A stretch of 64,000 nt of DNA from the human T2T-CHM13v2.0 reference genome, Homo sapiens, in the NCBI RefSeq assembly GCF_009914755.1, contig NC_060941.1; one strand, given 5' to 3'. Under the pieces are notes generated by a model, which was not told the origin of the DNA, did not search any database, and saw only the letters and a program-made list of their open reading frames with translations. Positions 14,855 to 32,210 of this stretch are shown piece by piece. Positions within the stretch are counted from its first letter, which is position 1, and each line of letters begins with the position of its first letter. A program made the translations under genes and the position numbers.

Positions 14855-16218
14855 AACAGAGCCCTCAGAAATAATGCCGCATATGTACAACCCTCTGATC
14901 TTTGACAAACCTGACAAAAACAAGAAATGGGGAAAGGATTCCCTATTTAATAAATGGTGCTGGGAAAACTGGCTAGCCATCTGTAGAAAGCTGAAATTGG
15001 ATCACTTCCTTACACCTTATACAAAAATTAATTCAAGATGGATTAAAAACTTAAATGTTAGACCTAAAACCATAAAAACCCTAGAAGAAAACCTAGGCAT
15101 TACCATTCAGGACATAGGCATGGGCAAGGACTTCATATCTAAAACACCAAAAGCAATGCAACAAAAGGCAAAATAGACAAATGGGATCTAATTAAACTAA
15201 AGAGCTTCTGCACAGCAAAAGAAACTACCATCAGAGTGAACAGGCAACCTACAGAATGGGAATTTTTGCAATCTACTCATCTGACAAAGGGCTAATATCC
15301 AGAATCTACAATGAATTCCAACAAATTTACAAGAAAAAAACAAACAACCCCATCAAAAAGTGGGCGAAGTATATGAACAGACAATTCTCAAAAGAATTGC
15401 AGCCAAAAGACACATGAAAAAATGCTCATGATCACTGGCCATCAGAGAAATGCAAATCAAAACCACAATGAGATACTACCTCACACCAGTTAGAATGGCA
15501 ATCATTAAAAAGTCAGGAAACAACAGGTGCTGGAGAGGATGTGGAGAAATAAGAACACTTTTACACTGTTGGTGGGACCGTAAACTAGTTCAACCATTGT
15601 GGAAGTCAGCGTGGTGATTCCTCAGGGATCTAGAACTAGAAATACCATTTGACCCAGCCATCCCATTACTGGGTATATACCCAAAGGATTATAAATCATG
15701 CTGCTATAAAGACACATGCACACGTATGTTTATTGCGACACTATTCACAATAGCAAAGACTTGGAACCAACCCAAATGTCCAGCAATGATAGACTGGATT
15801 AAGAAAATTTGGCACATACACACCATGGAATACTATGCAGCCATAAAAAATGATGAATTCATGTATTTTGTAGGGACATGGATGAAGCTGGAAACCATCA
15901 TTCTCAGCAAACTATCACAAGGACAGAAAACCAAACACCACATGTTCTCACTCATAGGTGGGAATTGAACAATGAGAACACATGGACACAGGAAGGGGAA
16001 CATCACACACCGGGGCCTGTTGTGGGGTGGGGGGAGGGGGCAGGGATAGCATTTGGAGATATACCTAATGTTAAATGATGAGTTGCTGAGTGCAGCACAC
16101 CAACATGGCACATGTATACATATATAACTAACCTGCACGTTGTGCACATGTACCCTAAAATTTAAGTATAATAAAAAATAAAAAATAAAAATAAATAAAA
16201 TAAAATAAAAAATAAAAA
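14855..16218 (+). mobile_element. 5'-truncated L1PA3/PA4-like LINE-1 (ORF2 C-terminus, 3'UTR, poly-A)
   Basis: ORF2 peptides ([25 protein letters not shown]), G-rich 3'UTR and A-rich tail; exact 19-bp TSD AAGAACTTACATTGTTCAG at 14836-14854 and 16219-16237. Confidence 0.97.
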
Positions 16219-16399
16219 AAGAACTTACATTGTTCAGCAATTCTGCCAACAATCAGGGACTCTGTGAAGAATAAGCTCTATATGACTTCAGAGAATTCCT
16301 AGCCTTATTGGAAAGCCAAAGTAAACTGTAAGTTTGATTCAGTGTATTAAGTGCTATATAAAAATATACAAAAAACACTCAGTATTTATTCATCTCTTA

Positions 16400-16905
16400 T
16401 GCATCTGTGAGGCATTGACATCAAGTTGTCCACCAAAGAATCATGTTGTGCTGTTGTAAGGAAGAGTTATTTTTGGGAAGAAGCTACCCATATAGATGCT
16501 ACATTTCCCAGTCACACTCAGACATAAGTAAGACCATGTGACCTGTCCAACAGAATATGGGCAGAAATCATGTATGTCCCTTCCAGGCCTGGACCATTAA
16601 AATCTATCATTATATTCTCCATTAACCCTTATACATATGAATACACACCACTACCATCACCTTATATAAATGTGTGTGTATATGCATATAATATATGCAC
16701 ACAAACCAGTGGAAACTTGAAAGTTACATATTGAAAACGGCAAATATTCCATAACTCTGGTCCCTGAATTACTGTATAGAGCAGAGCCTACCCTCCCTCA
16801 TCACTGGTTACATTATGGAATGAGAAATAAATTTCTATATCATAAAACAACCAAGATTTGGGGGTTTATTACTTACAGTTGCTCCTGTTACCATTACTAA
16901 TATAC
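16400..16905 (+). mobile_element. Old MLT1 MaLR LTR
   Basis: TACATTTCCCAG...GACCATGTGAC...GGGCAGAAATCATGTATGTCCCTTCCAGGCCTGG...GAGAAATAAATTTCTAT...ACTAATATA. Confidence 0.6.
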
Positions 16906-16914
16906 CCAAAGCAT

Positions 16915-17070
16915 TAGTTACAAATGCTTGATGTGATTAACCTTTTAAGTCAACAACAACCCTATGAAGAGAATACTGTAACTATCTACATTTTACCAGT
17001 GAGGGAACTGAGGCCCAAGAGAGGCAATGCCATTTGCTCAAGGTCACAGAACTAGTAAATAGTCAAGGCA
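16915..17070 (-). mobile_element. MIR SINE
   Basis: CAACAACCCTATGA...CATTTTACCAGTGAGGGAACTGAGGC...GCTCAAGGTCACAGAACTAGTAAATAG is the MIR core. Confidence 0.75.
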
Positions 17071-18429
17071 CTTTATTACTGAGGAATGGTAAAGAATGAA
17101 GTCATTACAGACCCTGACCTTGAAGAGGTTTCAATCTCAAGGCACAGAAAATATGGATGTACAAAGTCCTAAATATAAAAATAAAAAGCCTAAACAAGAA
17201 ACAAAATCTCATCTGTGTATTTCCAGATTGCCCCCAAGTGCTTAAAAAATTTGATGATAAGCCAATGATAAAAAGTTAGAGTAATTATAAAATATCATGG
17301 CTTGGAAAAAATTAATTCAGAAACAATTAAATGATTTAAAAAGTTTTGAATTAACAGAATATACATTTTAAAACAATGTAATTTTAATGTTTTGTAAGAG
17401 CTCAGATAATATTAGGTGTTTTATAATCTGTTCTAAATTCAATATTATTTCAATAAAAGTATTTTAAACTAATTGAACCAAATATTGAATATCAAAATTT
17501 TTGCTTAATTACATAACCATTTGTTTATAGATCCATATTTACCTTATTCAAAAAAAGAGGAGGAATCTGAGGCAGCTTACAGAAAAGTAAGCGATGAAAC
17601 CATACAAAATTTTAAAATAAGTCAGAAAATTGGTGTGAAAAAGCAATGAAGGCAAAAAAATAAGTCAAGGACAGGATTGACGCAAAAAATTATAATGTCT
17701 TGTACACTTTCATGAAATGAGGTATACTTAGATTTCATTTCCTGGGGCAAAAATGAAAATATAATTAATTACTAGATTCACAATATTACTAAGAGGAAGT
17801 CCAGCCTTTCTTAGCTTCAGACATGAAGGAAATTTATTTTGAATCCTCACGTAGAAGAAACTATGTAATATAACAAACCGAGGCCTCAATACAAGGCCTA
17901 TAAGACATACATTTACAAAGTCCATATGGCTGTTTTCTATATAACATCCCTCAGTTCTAACTTTGATGCCATTTCAAAACCCCGATCAGCTTATTTAAGA
18001 CAGTTACAAAAGGAGCCGAAATAAAGCAGTCCTGGGACACAGACTTCTAGTGGCCTAAGTCTGAAGTTCAGTTATTTCATTCCATCTGCTTATTGGTAGA
18101 TGATATTGCCTGCTTGGAACATGGCCAGATTAGCCTGACAGCCTTGACAGAAGCCTGTAGTTATTGACTAATTACTATGGACTGGAGAGAGGGATAATAG
18201 GAGGAGGAATAGAGATTCCAATCCCTGAGAAAAGAAATTAGGACCCATGGTGACCAGACAAAAATGAATAAAGCAAAACTGCTGACAAGAGAATTTATGT
18301 AAAGGTAAGCATATAATAATAACAAACAATAAAAACAAATCACCATCATCTTATATTCCCCCTTTCTATAGAAAGAATGAATAAGCCACTGAAGGATCAT
18401 GGCATATATTTTCAATTAGTTGTTATTGA

Positions 18430-19090
18430 AGAAGAGGATTTGCTGTCCAACTCCACTCCTTTCCTTGCAATTTGCAGCAAGGGGTAGGGATATAATGATG
18501 AATCCAAGTGCTGTTAATTTAAGTCATTTTATGATCTTAGCTCATTTGTATACCTGATTGCATTTTATGTCAAGGATCAGGAATGAAGTCTCATAGCCAC
18601 AGGAAATATGGTAGAAACTCCAAAGGGGAGCTACGTGGGATGAGCGGTGTAGGTCAGGCAAGCAGCTATTAGAGAATGTGCAGGCATACCTAATTAGAAG
18701 TGTATTTAATGACTCACCTTAAAATATATTGTCCCTCAGACCCATTGCTCTAAACCTTGCTTCTTTTGAGGCTTTAGTGCTAAGAAAGAATGCTAATAAG
18801 GAATCCAGATTGTGACAAGATAATGGTTTTACTATAATGGAATTGGCTTTAATTCTTAAGGGAAAGTAGAGTTTTGAGGTACCATGGAGCTGGAATAGTG
18901 CTGTAAGAACCCAGGGGACTCCATGTAAAACTGCAGCAATAGCAAAATAAATAGAAGACTACCTAGGGCTCATCTCTCTCAGGAAAGAAGGTTGGGATCA
19001 TCCAGTGAGAAAAGAACCTTATCGACTAGAAGTGATGGCTAAAGGCATCAACGAATCAATGAACAAGGAGGAAAGCCAGACCTACCAGCT
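18430..19090 (+). mobile_element. ERVL/MaLR internal-region remnant
   Basis: GGAAAGAAGGTTGGGATCATCCAGTGAGAAAAGAACC...GAAGTGATGGCTAAAGGC...TACCAGCT resembles the 3' end of the recalled MLT-int/ERVL internal sequence. Confidence 0.45.
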
Positions 19091-19417
19091 GTTCATTCAT
19101 TAATTTGTTCAGTATATTTATTGAATATCTACTTTGTGCCAGGAACTATTCTGGTTATCCTTACAGAAATGAGGGTTATGTATTAAATTTCCTTTTCTCA
19201 TACACTATCAGAATATCTGAATCTGAGGTACACTCTGACCTTCTTGTGTCATTTTTAATAGTCTCCTTTTCTATAAAGGGATTTTAATTTCAATTGTTTT
19301 GGTTAGCTTAATTTTTGCACTAGTGACAGTTTGCCATCTTATCCTGAAAGACGCAATATTAAGATGGAATTATGACACAATCAGGAGATAATACGAGCAA
19401 TGAGATTGGACAACAGT

Positions 19418-22291
<2,874 letters not shown>

Positions 22292-23379
22292 TAAGGAGGG
22301 TCAGGAAATTACCTCTGCATGCGCTAACTAGATGTGACTTCAAGTTGCCATCCTACTGAGGAAGGAAAGAGCATGTTGCCATTATGCACAAGAAAGTTGT
22401 AGTGCTAGTAAAGAGCGTCATTGGAGGTCTGTAATCACAAAGAAGGGAACTGTGTGACCTGGAAGCTAGGGGTGAAAGGCATGGACAAGAAGCCTCAAAA
22501 AAATCTTGCTGAGAAATGAATACTCAGAAAGTACCCTGTGGTGAGCCAAATCTTATGCTTCAAGCTAAATCATATTGGTGCCTTTTTCAAAATTGGTTGG
22601 ACTAGGGAGAGTTTCCCAGTTTAGGGACCACCAATGAAAAACTGATCCATATTCAGTGATGGTTAATCAACCCAACTTGCCTGGAAACTAAAGATGTGAA
22701 GTAGAAAGCAAAACAAACACACCTGAAAGGACATCAAGTGCATTACTGGAATGACTAAGCACTAGAACGGAGAAGCTTCCATATTCTCGCTTTGTGCAAA
22801 TAAAGTAGCACAACTCTCACAAATTGAAAGGGGCTCAACTAATACAGTAGCATTTGGCAGACAGGTGTCCCAAAGCCTTAGAAAATATACTATGTGGTAT
22901 AATATAGTAAGCTCAGGACTTGATGTCAGGAACATGAGTTGGAGAAGTAGTCAACTTGCATACTACGTTTGTGATATTTTCCAAATATATACTCTGAACA
23001 TTTTATTTATTAGGAAAACATAATTTACACTTCTTATGATGCTCAAAAGCATGTGGATTTTGATATAATACTGAAGATTCTTAAGACAGAAAATTATACA
23101 TGCCAAGCACAAGCAAGAATAAATGTTACAATGTTATGTTAAATGGAAGAGCATACAAAGTAATATATTCAGGATGATTGTCACTGGGGGAATATAGAAA
23201 CATATGGAAAACTGAAAGAGAATACTCAAAAATGGAAGTTATGATAGAGTCATGGGATTTTATGCATTTTTTATTTTTAGAAAGAAATCAATATTGTTTT
23301 ATATTGTTATACCAAAACTTAGACTAAAATAATGTGTATAGAAATATTGGCCCTCACACAGAAAGAATGAAATGGTTAA

Positions 23380-23727
<348 letters not shown>

Positions 23728-24022
23728 GAGATTTTTAATAGTATAAAACAGTAAGATAGGAGAAAGTCAACAGTTTTCAGAAGGAAGGTGTTTTCAAGAT
23801 GGACCCAACCTGAAACACTTTACTTTCATCCATACCTGTTGCTTCAGTTCAAGTCAGAGAGAACACAAAACAGAAACACCTTGGACAATGTTGAGCACCA
23901 GTTCTGTCAGGCATTATCTTTAGACACAAAGATATAAACAACAGAGAATAAGCAGACTTGCTGCTTGCCCACACAGAGATTCTACAGGGTTTTTTTTTTT
24001 TTTTTTTTTGGTACTATGTATA

Positions 24023-24347
24023 TGCTATGGTTTGAATGAGCATCCTCTTCAAAACTCCTGTGTTGCCAATGCGGTAAGAGGTGGGGCCTTTAAGAGGCGA
24101 TTAGGCCCTGAGAGCTCCTTTCTCATGAATGGGATTAAAGTTCCTATACGTGAGGATTCATGCAGCATTAGGTAGCTTGCCCTTCTGCCTTCTGCCATGT
24201 GAAGAGCCTTCACCAGACAACCAAACCTGCCAGTGCCCAGATCTTAGATTTCCCAGCTTCCAGAACTGTGAGGAAATAAGTTCTGTTCTTTACAAGCTAC
24301 CCAGTCTCAAATATTTGTGCTATAGCAGCAAAAAATTGAAAAAGACA
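24023..24347 (+). mobile_element. MST/MLT1A-type MaLR solo LTR
   Basis: Begins TGCTATGGTTTGAATG, contains CCAGCTTCCAGAACTGTGAGGAAATAAG and ends AAGACA. Confidence 0.85.
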
Positions 24348-25029
24348 GTGTATGAAAGAAGAGAGAAACCCCCTACCTTCTTTATAGATAGAAATACACA
24401 TGGCCAAATCCATGGAGACAATCAGTGATGACACTCTAAACTCTGAACTTGCAGCAATAGCAGAGAGAATAGACACTGAAAATTATCTAGCTTTAATACT
24501 AATTCTAGGGATAAAAAGCTGTAAAAAAAAAAGGTTGTATAGAATATAAATAGCACATAATGCAGAAAGGATCAATGGAAAATGTAGAATAAAAATAATA
24601 ATTTTCTAAATGTCGTAACAGAACCAAGAATGAAATGCCACCCTTCGCTCTGTTCTACTTTTAATTTAACCAATTCCTCCAAAATTGTTGATGGTTAATT
24701 AAATATGAGGCTTCTAATACTCAAGGGCTTTTCTTTCAAGAAACTAACATCTCATGGAACCCTGATGTCCTCAGCCAGTTGGAACCAAGAACAACCTCAT
24801 TTTGATGAAAATGCAGTGAATTCATTGGCATCAGGGAAACTTCAGAAGTACAAGGATTCCAATACGTACATCAGCAAATATGAAAAGCCTAGCAATACAA
24901 GAAGAGTAAAGAATATGCCTTCAACTATTTAGCTGGAGCTCAATATTTCTTAATAGGTAAAACATTCTAAGATCAAGAGAATGAAGGATAGAATGAAAAA
25001 TGCTGGATGTTAAGGCATGTACAAGGAAA

Positions 25030-27715
25030 CAAAAAGCATAAAACACTATGGAATAAATTTAACAAAAGTGCAAAACATATTCTGAAAGCTACAAAACATT
25101 GTTTTAAGAACATAAAAAAGAACTAAAACATGGAAAAGTATTTCATGTTTCTGGATTGGAAGTATTAATATTGTAGAGATGACAATAACCCTCAAACAGA
25201 TCTACAGATTCAGCACAATCCTTATCAAAATCCCAGCAGCCTTTTTTTGTATCAATGGACAAGCCAACACTAATCCAGTTTCATTGCAAGGGACCCCAAT
25301 TACATAAAACATCCTTAAAAAAATGAACAAAGTAGGAAGATTCATATTTCACAGTTTCAAAACTTACTACAAAAATACAACAATTAAGACAGTGTAGTAT
25401 TAACACAAAAATTGACATATAGATCAATAAAATGAAATTGAACGTTGAGAAAAGAAATTCCCATACATTTGAGGTCAATTGATTTTTGACAAGAGTGCCA
25501 AGACAATTCAATGGAGAAAGAATAGTCTTTTCAACACATTGTGCCAGGACAACCTGATGTCCCCATGCACAAGAATTAAGTTGAATTTCTTCCTTACACC
25601 ATAAAAATTAATTCCAAATGGATCAAAGACCTAAATGTAAGAGCTAAAAATATAAAACTTTTTGAAGGAAATAGGAACAGACTTTGACCTTGAGTTATGC
25701 TTAGCCTTCTTAGATGGAAAACCAAAAGCACAATTATTTTTAAAAAGCATAAATAAATTGGACTTCATCAAAATTAAAAACTCTTGTGCTTTGAAGGCCA
25801 TCATCAAGAAAGTAAAGGGACAACCGAACCATGGAATGAGAGTATTTGCAAATAATATATCTGATGAAGGATTAGTATCAAGAATATACAGGGAATGCTT
25901 GCAACTCAAAAATAAAAAGACAAATAACCTCAACGAAAATTGGGCAAAATATATGAATGAATATTTTGTCAAAGAAAATATGCAAATAGCCAATAAGCAC
26001 ATGGGAAGATGCTCATCATCATTAGCAGTTAGGAAAATACAAATCATAACCACAATGAGAGTCTACTTCACACCCATTAGGATGACTATAATAAAAAAGA
26101 TAGTAACAAGCATTTGCATGGATGTGGAGAAGTTGGAACCTTTATGCTGTTGTAATACAAAATGGTGCAACCACTATGGAATACAGTTTGGCAGTTCCTC
26201 AAAAAGTTAAACAGTTACCATGTGACTCGGCAATTCCACTTCTAGGTATATGCTCAAGATAAATGAAAACTAATATTCACACAAGAACTTGCATACCAGT
26301 GTTTATAACAGCATTATTCTTAATAGCTAAAAAGAGAAAACACTCAAATGTCCATCAACTGGTAAGTGAACAAATAAAAACTGGTGTTACCAAGCCTTCT
26401 GGTCTGTCTCTGGAGGCAGGAAATGCCAGGGTGCAACCAGTCAAGCTACTGCCCAACGCTCATCAAGAGAATAGTTATCTTGTAGGGCAGCTCTGGTTCT
26501 AGTGTCTGGCAGTGGAATTAAACAGCCACCATGTTGACAAAAGGACAAAGACCAAGGCCACCAAGAAGCACTCTCCAAACGTAATATTCAGTGTGTTTGC
26601 CACATTGGACTAGGCACAGATTCAGGAGTTCAAAGAGGCCTTTGACATTATTGATCAGAATAGAGATTCTTTCAACAAGGAAGATGTGCATGATATGCTT
26701 GCTTCTCTCTTCATCAGAATCCAACTGATGTATACCAAGATGCTGTAAGGAGTGAGGTTCTGGGCTTATAAATTTCACCACTGCCCTACTGTTTGGTGAG
26801 AAGTTAAATAGCACATATCCTGAAGATGTCATCAGAAATGCTTTAGCCTGCTTTGATAAAGAAGCAACAGGAACCATTCAGGAAGACTATTTGAGAGAAC
26901 TGCTGACAACAATGGGAAGTGAATGAGCTGTACAGAGAAGGTGCTATTGACAAAAAAGGAAATTTTAATTACATTGAGTTCACATGTAGCCTTAAATATG
27001 GGGTGAAAGACAAAGATGATTGAAACATCAGCTAAAACCTCGAAATTATTGTATCTTATGCTATTTCCTGGATACTTTGCCCCATCATCATAGATCCTGC
27101 TGCATGTGCTTAGTTTTATAGCTTTGCCTTTTTAAATATACTTATTTCAGATCTTTTTGCCACTTAGCACTTGTATAATCAGACTGTAAATGGAGATGAA
27201 GTTGTACATTGTATTGAAAAAAAGATTACTAATAAAAATCAACATATACAAAAGCTCAAGAGAATATATCTGTATTTCTGGTTTTACTGGATTGTTACAT
27301 TTTTATATAATAAAAATGCAATTTTAAAATGCGTGAAATATTAAATATAAAAATGAGTATATTCATATAATGGAATATTGTTTTGCAATAAAAAGGAGTG
27401 ATATACTGATACATTTTCCATATTAAACCTTGAAAACATTATGCTAAGTGACAAAAGATCACATAATGAATGAATGTTTTTATATTAAATGTCTAGAAAA
27501 GAATAATTTATAGACACAGAAAATATGCTTATGATTGCCTAGGTCTCAAGAAAGAAGTGAATGGGGAGTAACAGATATGGAGCTTTCTTCTCGGAATGAT
27601 GAAAATGTTCTATAAAGTATTGTGTTGATGGTCACACAACTCTGTGAACACACTTAAATAGGTTAATTGTATGATATGTGAATTATATCTCAATAAAGCA
27701 GTTAAAATACACATA
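25030..27715 (+). mobile_element. L1M (L1MB/MC-like) ORF2 3' part and 3'UTR, interrupted by the MYL12B retrocopy
   Basis: The ORF at 25662-26210 is a degenerate ORF2 (LDFIKIKNSC...SDEGLVSRIY); L1 sequence stops at about 26380, resumes at about 27346 and ends GTGAATTATATCTCAATAAAGC. Confidence 0.85.
26381..27345 (+). pseudogene. MYL12B: Processed pseudogene of myosin regulatory light chain 12B (decayed CDS 26531-27023)
   Basis: Intronless. After GCCACC-ATG (26531) it encodes [59 protein letters not shown] and [13 protein letters not shown]...KDKDD-stop, with stops, frameshifts and a deletion. The extra Thr (TKATKK), GAATTAAACA before the ATG and the 3'UTR match recalled MYL12B better than MYL12A. 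AATAAA at 27231 and 27309. The symbol refers to the parent gene. Confidence 0.92.
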
Positions 27716-27719
27716 AAGC

Positions 27720-29575
27720 GAACCTGACAAAGCAATTGTCATGATAGAACCCTTTAATACTCTTGTAGTATGGATAAAAAATAAAGAACACAGAAACTCT
27801 GACTTATATCATTAATACAGTTACGTAATTTAATAGATACATAGCAATCTCTTTACCCTACAAATGTGGAACACAGTCTTCCAAATTTCCCCAGAACATG
27901 TAGTAAAATTAGTACATACAAGAACAAGATAAGGAAACCTCAAAACATTTTGAAACAAAAAAAATCAAATGAGTATATGCATAATGCAATAAATTTGAAA
28001 TAAAAAGAAAATATTCAAACAAAAAATGAATTATCTTAAAATAGGAAAGACTTCTTAGAGTAATAACTGGTTAAAAAAAGAAATTTAAGCTGATTTTACA
28101 AAATGAATACAAAAACAATACCAAACGGAATAGTTTATGTCAAATCATATAAGATATGGACTATAATTAATGTTACCATTAAGAAAGAAATAAAAATAAA
28201 TTAAGCATTGAGCTCAGTAATTTATAAAAACTAACATCAAATTATACTAGAAACACAAGAAAAAAGAACTAATAAAGAGAATGCAAACACCCAAATGTAG
28301 GAATATAGAAAGGAACACACCATTATGCAGGCCTATATTTCAAACAGTTTAATAGTGTCTATAATTCTATGCTTATATATTCTTACAATTGCCATTAAAT
28401 GCACCGTTTTCCAAAAAAAAATGAAGACCATTGACACTATATCATAAAGATGAAAAAACTAGTCAATGTAGAAGGAATTGAGAAATATATTCAAATTAAT
28501 TATTGTGTCTAAGATTGTTATAAGTGAATCTTTGCAAATCTTTAATTAGCAGAAAATCCAAATATTAAACTACTGCAGTGCAAATAAAAAAGATGTAACA
28601 CTTCTCATTTCATTATACAAAGCTAGCATAATCTTGATAGCAAATTTAAGATAGCACAAACAGAACTAAAATATAGACCAATTATTATCTAAAAACTCAC
28701 ATAGGAAAACCCTAAATAATAGCAAATTGAATCCATAAGCATAATTAAAACTGTAATATATTATGACAACGTTGGCTTTATTACATAATGCAAAAGTAGT
28801 TTAGTAGAAAAACCTGCTATTGTAATTCATTAAATCGATAGATCCAAATAGAGAAATCATGTGACTATCCTGATACTAAAGACATTTGATAAAATCCAAC
28901 ATCCATTCCTAATAATCCTTACGCTTAATCATGTAAAGAACTCAAACTGATAATAAGTGTCCTTTTTAAGATTCTAAAGTATTTCTCTTCATAGCAACGG
29001 GATATTACTACACATGATTATTACTATTATTTGAAACTTATTAAAATAGAAAAATGGTATATATATGAAAAACATAAAAATGAGCAAGAACTAGGTTAAA
29101 GCAAAAGTATTATTGTTTTTAACATGATGTGGAAATTTTAAAATTTATGAAATTTATTAAAACAATCAAATTTTTAAAGGTGTTCTTAAGGTTGTCAGAT
29201 GCAAAATAAAGACACCCAATCTAATAGTCTTTTTATAAATGAGAAATAACCAATTGAAACAAAATCTTATTTACAATAGCAGCAAAAAACCCACAACATG
29301 CCTAGGAATTAACTAAAGACTAGAGCCATGTAGATTCAATATAATTAAACCTATTGATCTTTCTTGGGAGATACCCATGAAGTTTTAAATATTTGGAAAC
29401 ACAAATGAGGCTTGTGAATGAGAAAGCTTAAAATATTGGAAGATGTCAGTTTTCCTCCCTCGTTATCATCAATGATTCTGAAATAGCATCGCAATATTAA
29501 TCAAAATTCCAAAAATATTTGGAGAGAGAATTTAAAATAATTTTAAAGTTTACTGGGAAGAATAAACATACACAT
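27720..29575 (+). mobile_element. Highly decayed ancient L1 (L1ME/L1M5-like) ORF2
   Basis: A-rich strand with remnant ORF2 motifs (GCTAGCATAATCTTGATAGCAAA, CATTTGATAAAATCCAACATCCATTCCTAAT, ATTTACAATAGCAGCAAAA). Confidence 0.65.
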
Positions 29576-29589
29576 TAAAATTCAAATCT

Positions 29590-30014
29590 TCACATCGTAA
29601 GTTTCTAATATCCATCCCCATGTGGCTCTTTGCTCCTTTTTGGCATATGGAAAGATGATATTTCCCCCATCCTTTGCAGTTAGGCTGACTAGTTCTGGCC
29701 AATCAAGTGTCAGTATAGGTAACTTGTCTCACTTCTGGACATAAGAAAGGAACTGCCATTATAAGAACTTCCAGCTCTCTCCCTGACACAGGAATTGTTG
29801 TGTAGAATTTGTGCTGAGATGGCAAAGCCACAAATTCAAACCAGCCTAGGTTGCTGAGTGATTGAGTAGAGGACAAGTATCCTGAAGAGCCATTTGAACC
29901 CACAACAGACTCTAAGTGGAAAAACAAACAAACAACAACAACACTTTGTGGCATTAAGCCATTGAGATATGGAGGATGTTAATGCAGCATAATTTAGCCT
30001 GTGCTAACTAATGA
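29590..30014 (+). mobile_element. MLT1I/J-like MaLR LTR
   Basis: TTTGCAGTTAGGCTGACTAGTTCTGGCCAAT...TTAAGCCATTGAGAT...GCAGCATAATTTAGCC...ACTAAT. Confidence 0.7.
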
Positions 30015-30039
30015 ACTTCTGGGTAAGAAAAACAGGATC

Positions 30040-30636
30040 TTTGCTTTTGTTGCAATTGCTTTTGGCATCTTCATCATGAAATCTTTGCCTGTGCGTATTC
30101 CCAGGTATGTTATTCTTTTTGTGGCAACTGTGAATGAGAATTAATTCCTGATTTGGTTCTCAGCTTGATTGTTGTTGGTGTATAGGAATGCTGCTGATTT
30201 TTGCACATGGATTTTGTATCCTGAGACTTTGAATCAATGTTAGACCAGATAAAAAAAAATGTCATACATATACACCATGGAATACTATGCAGTCCTAAGA
30301 AAGAATTAGATCATATCCTTTGCAGGGACATGGATGGAGCTAGAGGCCATTATACTTAGCAAACTAACACAGGAACAGAAAACCAAATACTGCACGTTCT
30401 CACTTATAAGTGGGAGCTGAATGATGAGAACACATGGACACATAGAGGGGAACAACACATCCTAGGGCCTATTGTGGGGTGGGAGGAGGCAGAGGATCAG
30501 GAAAAATAACTAATGGGTACTAGGCTTAATACCTGGATAATGAAATAATCTGTACAAAAACCCCCCACAACAAAAGTTTACCTATGTAACTAATGTACAC
30601 ATGTACCCCTGAACTTAAAATAAAAGTTAAAAAAAA
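30040..30636 (+). mobile_element. Short L1PA12-14-like insertion with complex 5' inversion
   Basis: Two antisense ORF2 pieces (30040-30097 and about 30095-30231), then a sense 3' end (about 30233-30636) with poly-A; TSD AAAAACAG(G/A)ATC at 30028-30039 and 30637-30648. Confidence 0.85.
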
Positions 30637-31344
30637 AAAAACAGAATCACTGTAAACAAATACAAAAGGCACCCCAGGCTGACAAAGGACCATAAAAATG
30701 AGCAAAGGGCATCATAATTGCAGTTTACAAAAAAAAACCATAACTGGTCGATAAATATATGGAAAAAAGATTAAAAATGCAATGCCATTTCACATTTCTT
30801 TTCATTGGATGAAATTAATAAGACTGGTGAAATTAAGTTTTGGAAATTATGTGAAAAAATAAAAAAAAATTGCTTATACATTAATACAATCAATTCAGAG
30901 TAATTTTACCACATCCAATAATGATGAAAATCAATATAACATACAACCCAGGAGCAATTACACTTTAAGCTGCCTAAAGATTGTCTTACACATGTTCAAG
31001 GAGATATGTACATGTATGTTTATGGCAATACTATTGGTATTACTGGAAAGGAAAAAGAGAAGAATTACTAAGAAGGAATCTAAAAAAAAGTGGTTTATTA
31101 CTTAAATGGACCTATATGTGTATATGCCATTATGACTAATATCAATAATCTAATGTCGAGTGAAAGAAAAGTTACAAAAGAACACATGCAGTTTACACAT
31201 TATGAAGATGGCATTGACCAAAAATAATAGAAAATGCTTACACATGTTGTTCTATATCTCTATGAACTATTGCTATGCAATAATAAAAATGAACTATTAA
31301 AATCTCAGCACCGTAAACGAATCTCAAAAATATTATCATAAATG

Positions 31345-31743
<399 letters not shown>

Positions 31744-32082
31744 CTAGAAATCAAAGCATTTGCTACCTTTGTAGGGCAGGAGTTAACTGAAGGAAGACAC
31801 AAGGGTCTTTTCAGGTAAAGAAAATATTTCCTTTCTTAACTAGAATGATGTTTTCACAATTTATATACTTATAAAAACTCATGAAATTGTACATTTTAAA
31901 AAGTTGAGTAAATAGGAATAGCTGTTAATTATTTGAATAATGATAATTAATAGAAAAACTAAAAATAATGTACATATCAAACATTAGAGGTGAACGGGGG
32001 AACTGGAAAGTAGTGAATATAAATTAAGTCACCTTTTTTATTGAGAATCCATAATATTGCCTAATATTGATAAGCTTGTAAA

Positions 32083-32210
32083 CATATATATTATCTATAT
32101 ATATAGGTTATATATAGTCTCCCTTTTTATCTTATATGTTATATATCTTAATATATATCTATATATTATATATATTATCTCCTTTTATTTTATATATATA
32201 TATATATAAA
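32083..32210. repeat. TA-rich low-complexity tract
   Basis: (TA)n runs with the recurring unit TCTCC(C)TTTT. Confidence 0.85.

Noticed and set aside
26518-26877. 119-aa minus-strand ORF
   Set aside because: It is the antisense shadow of the MYL12B pseudogene.
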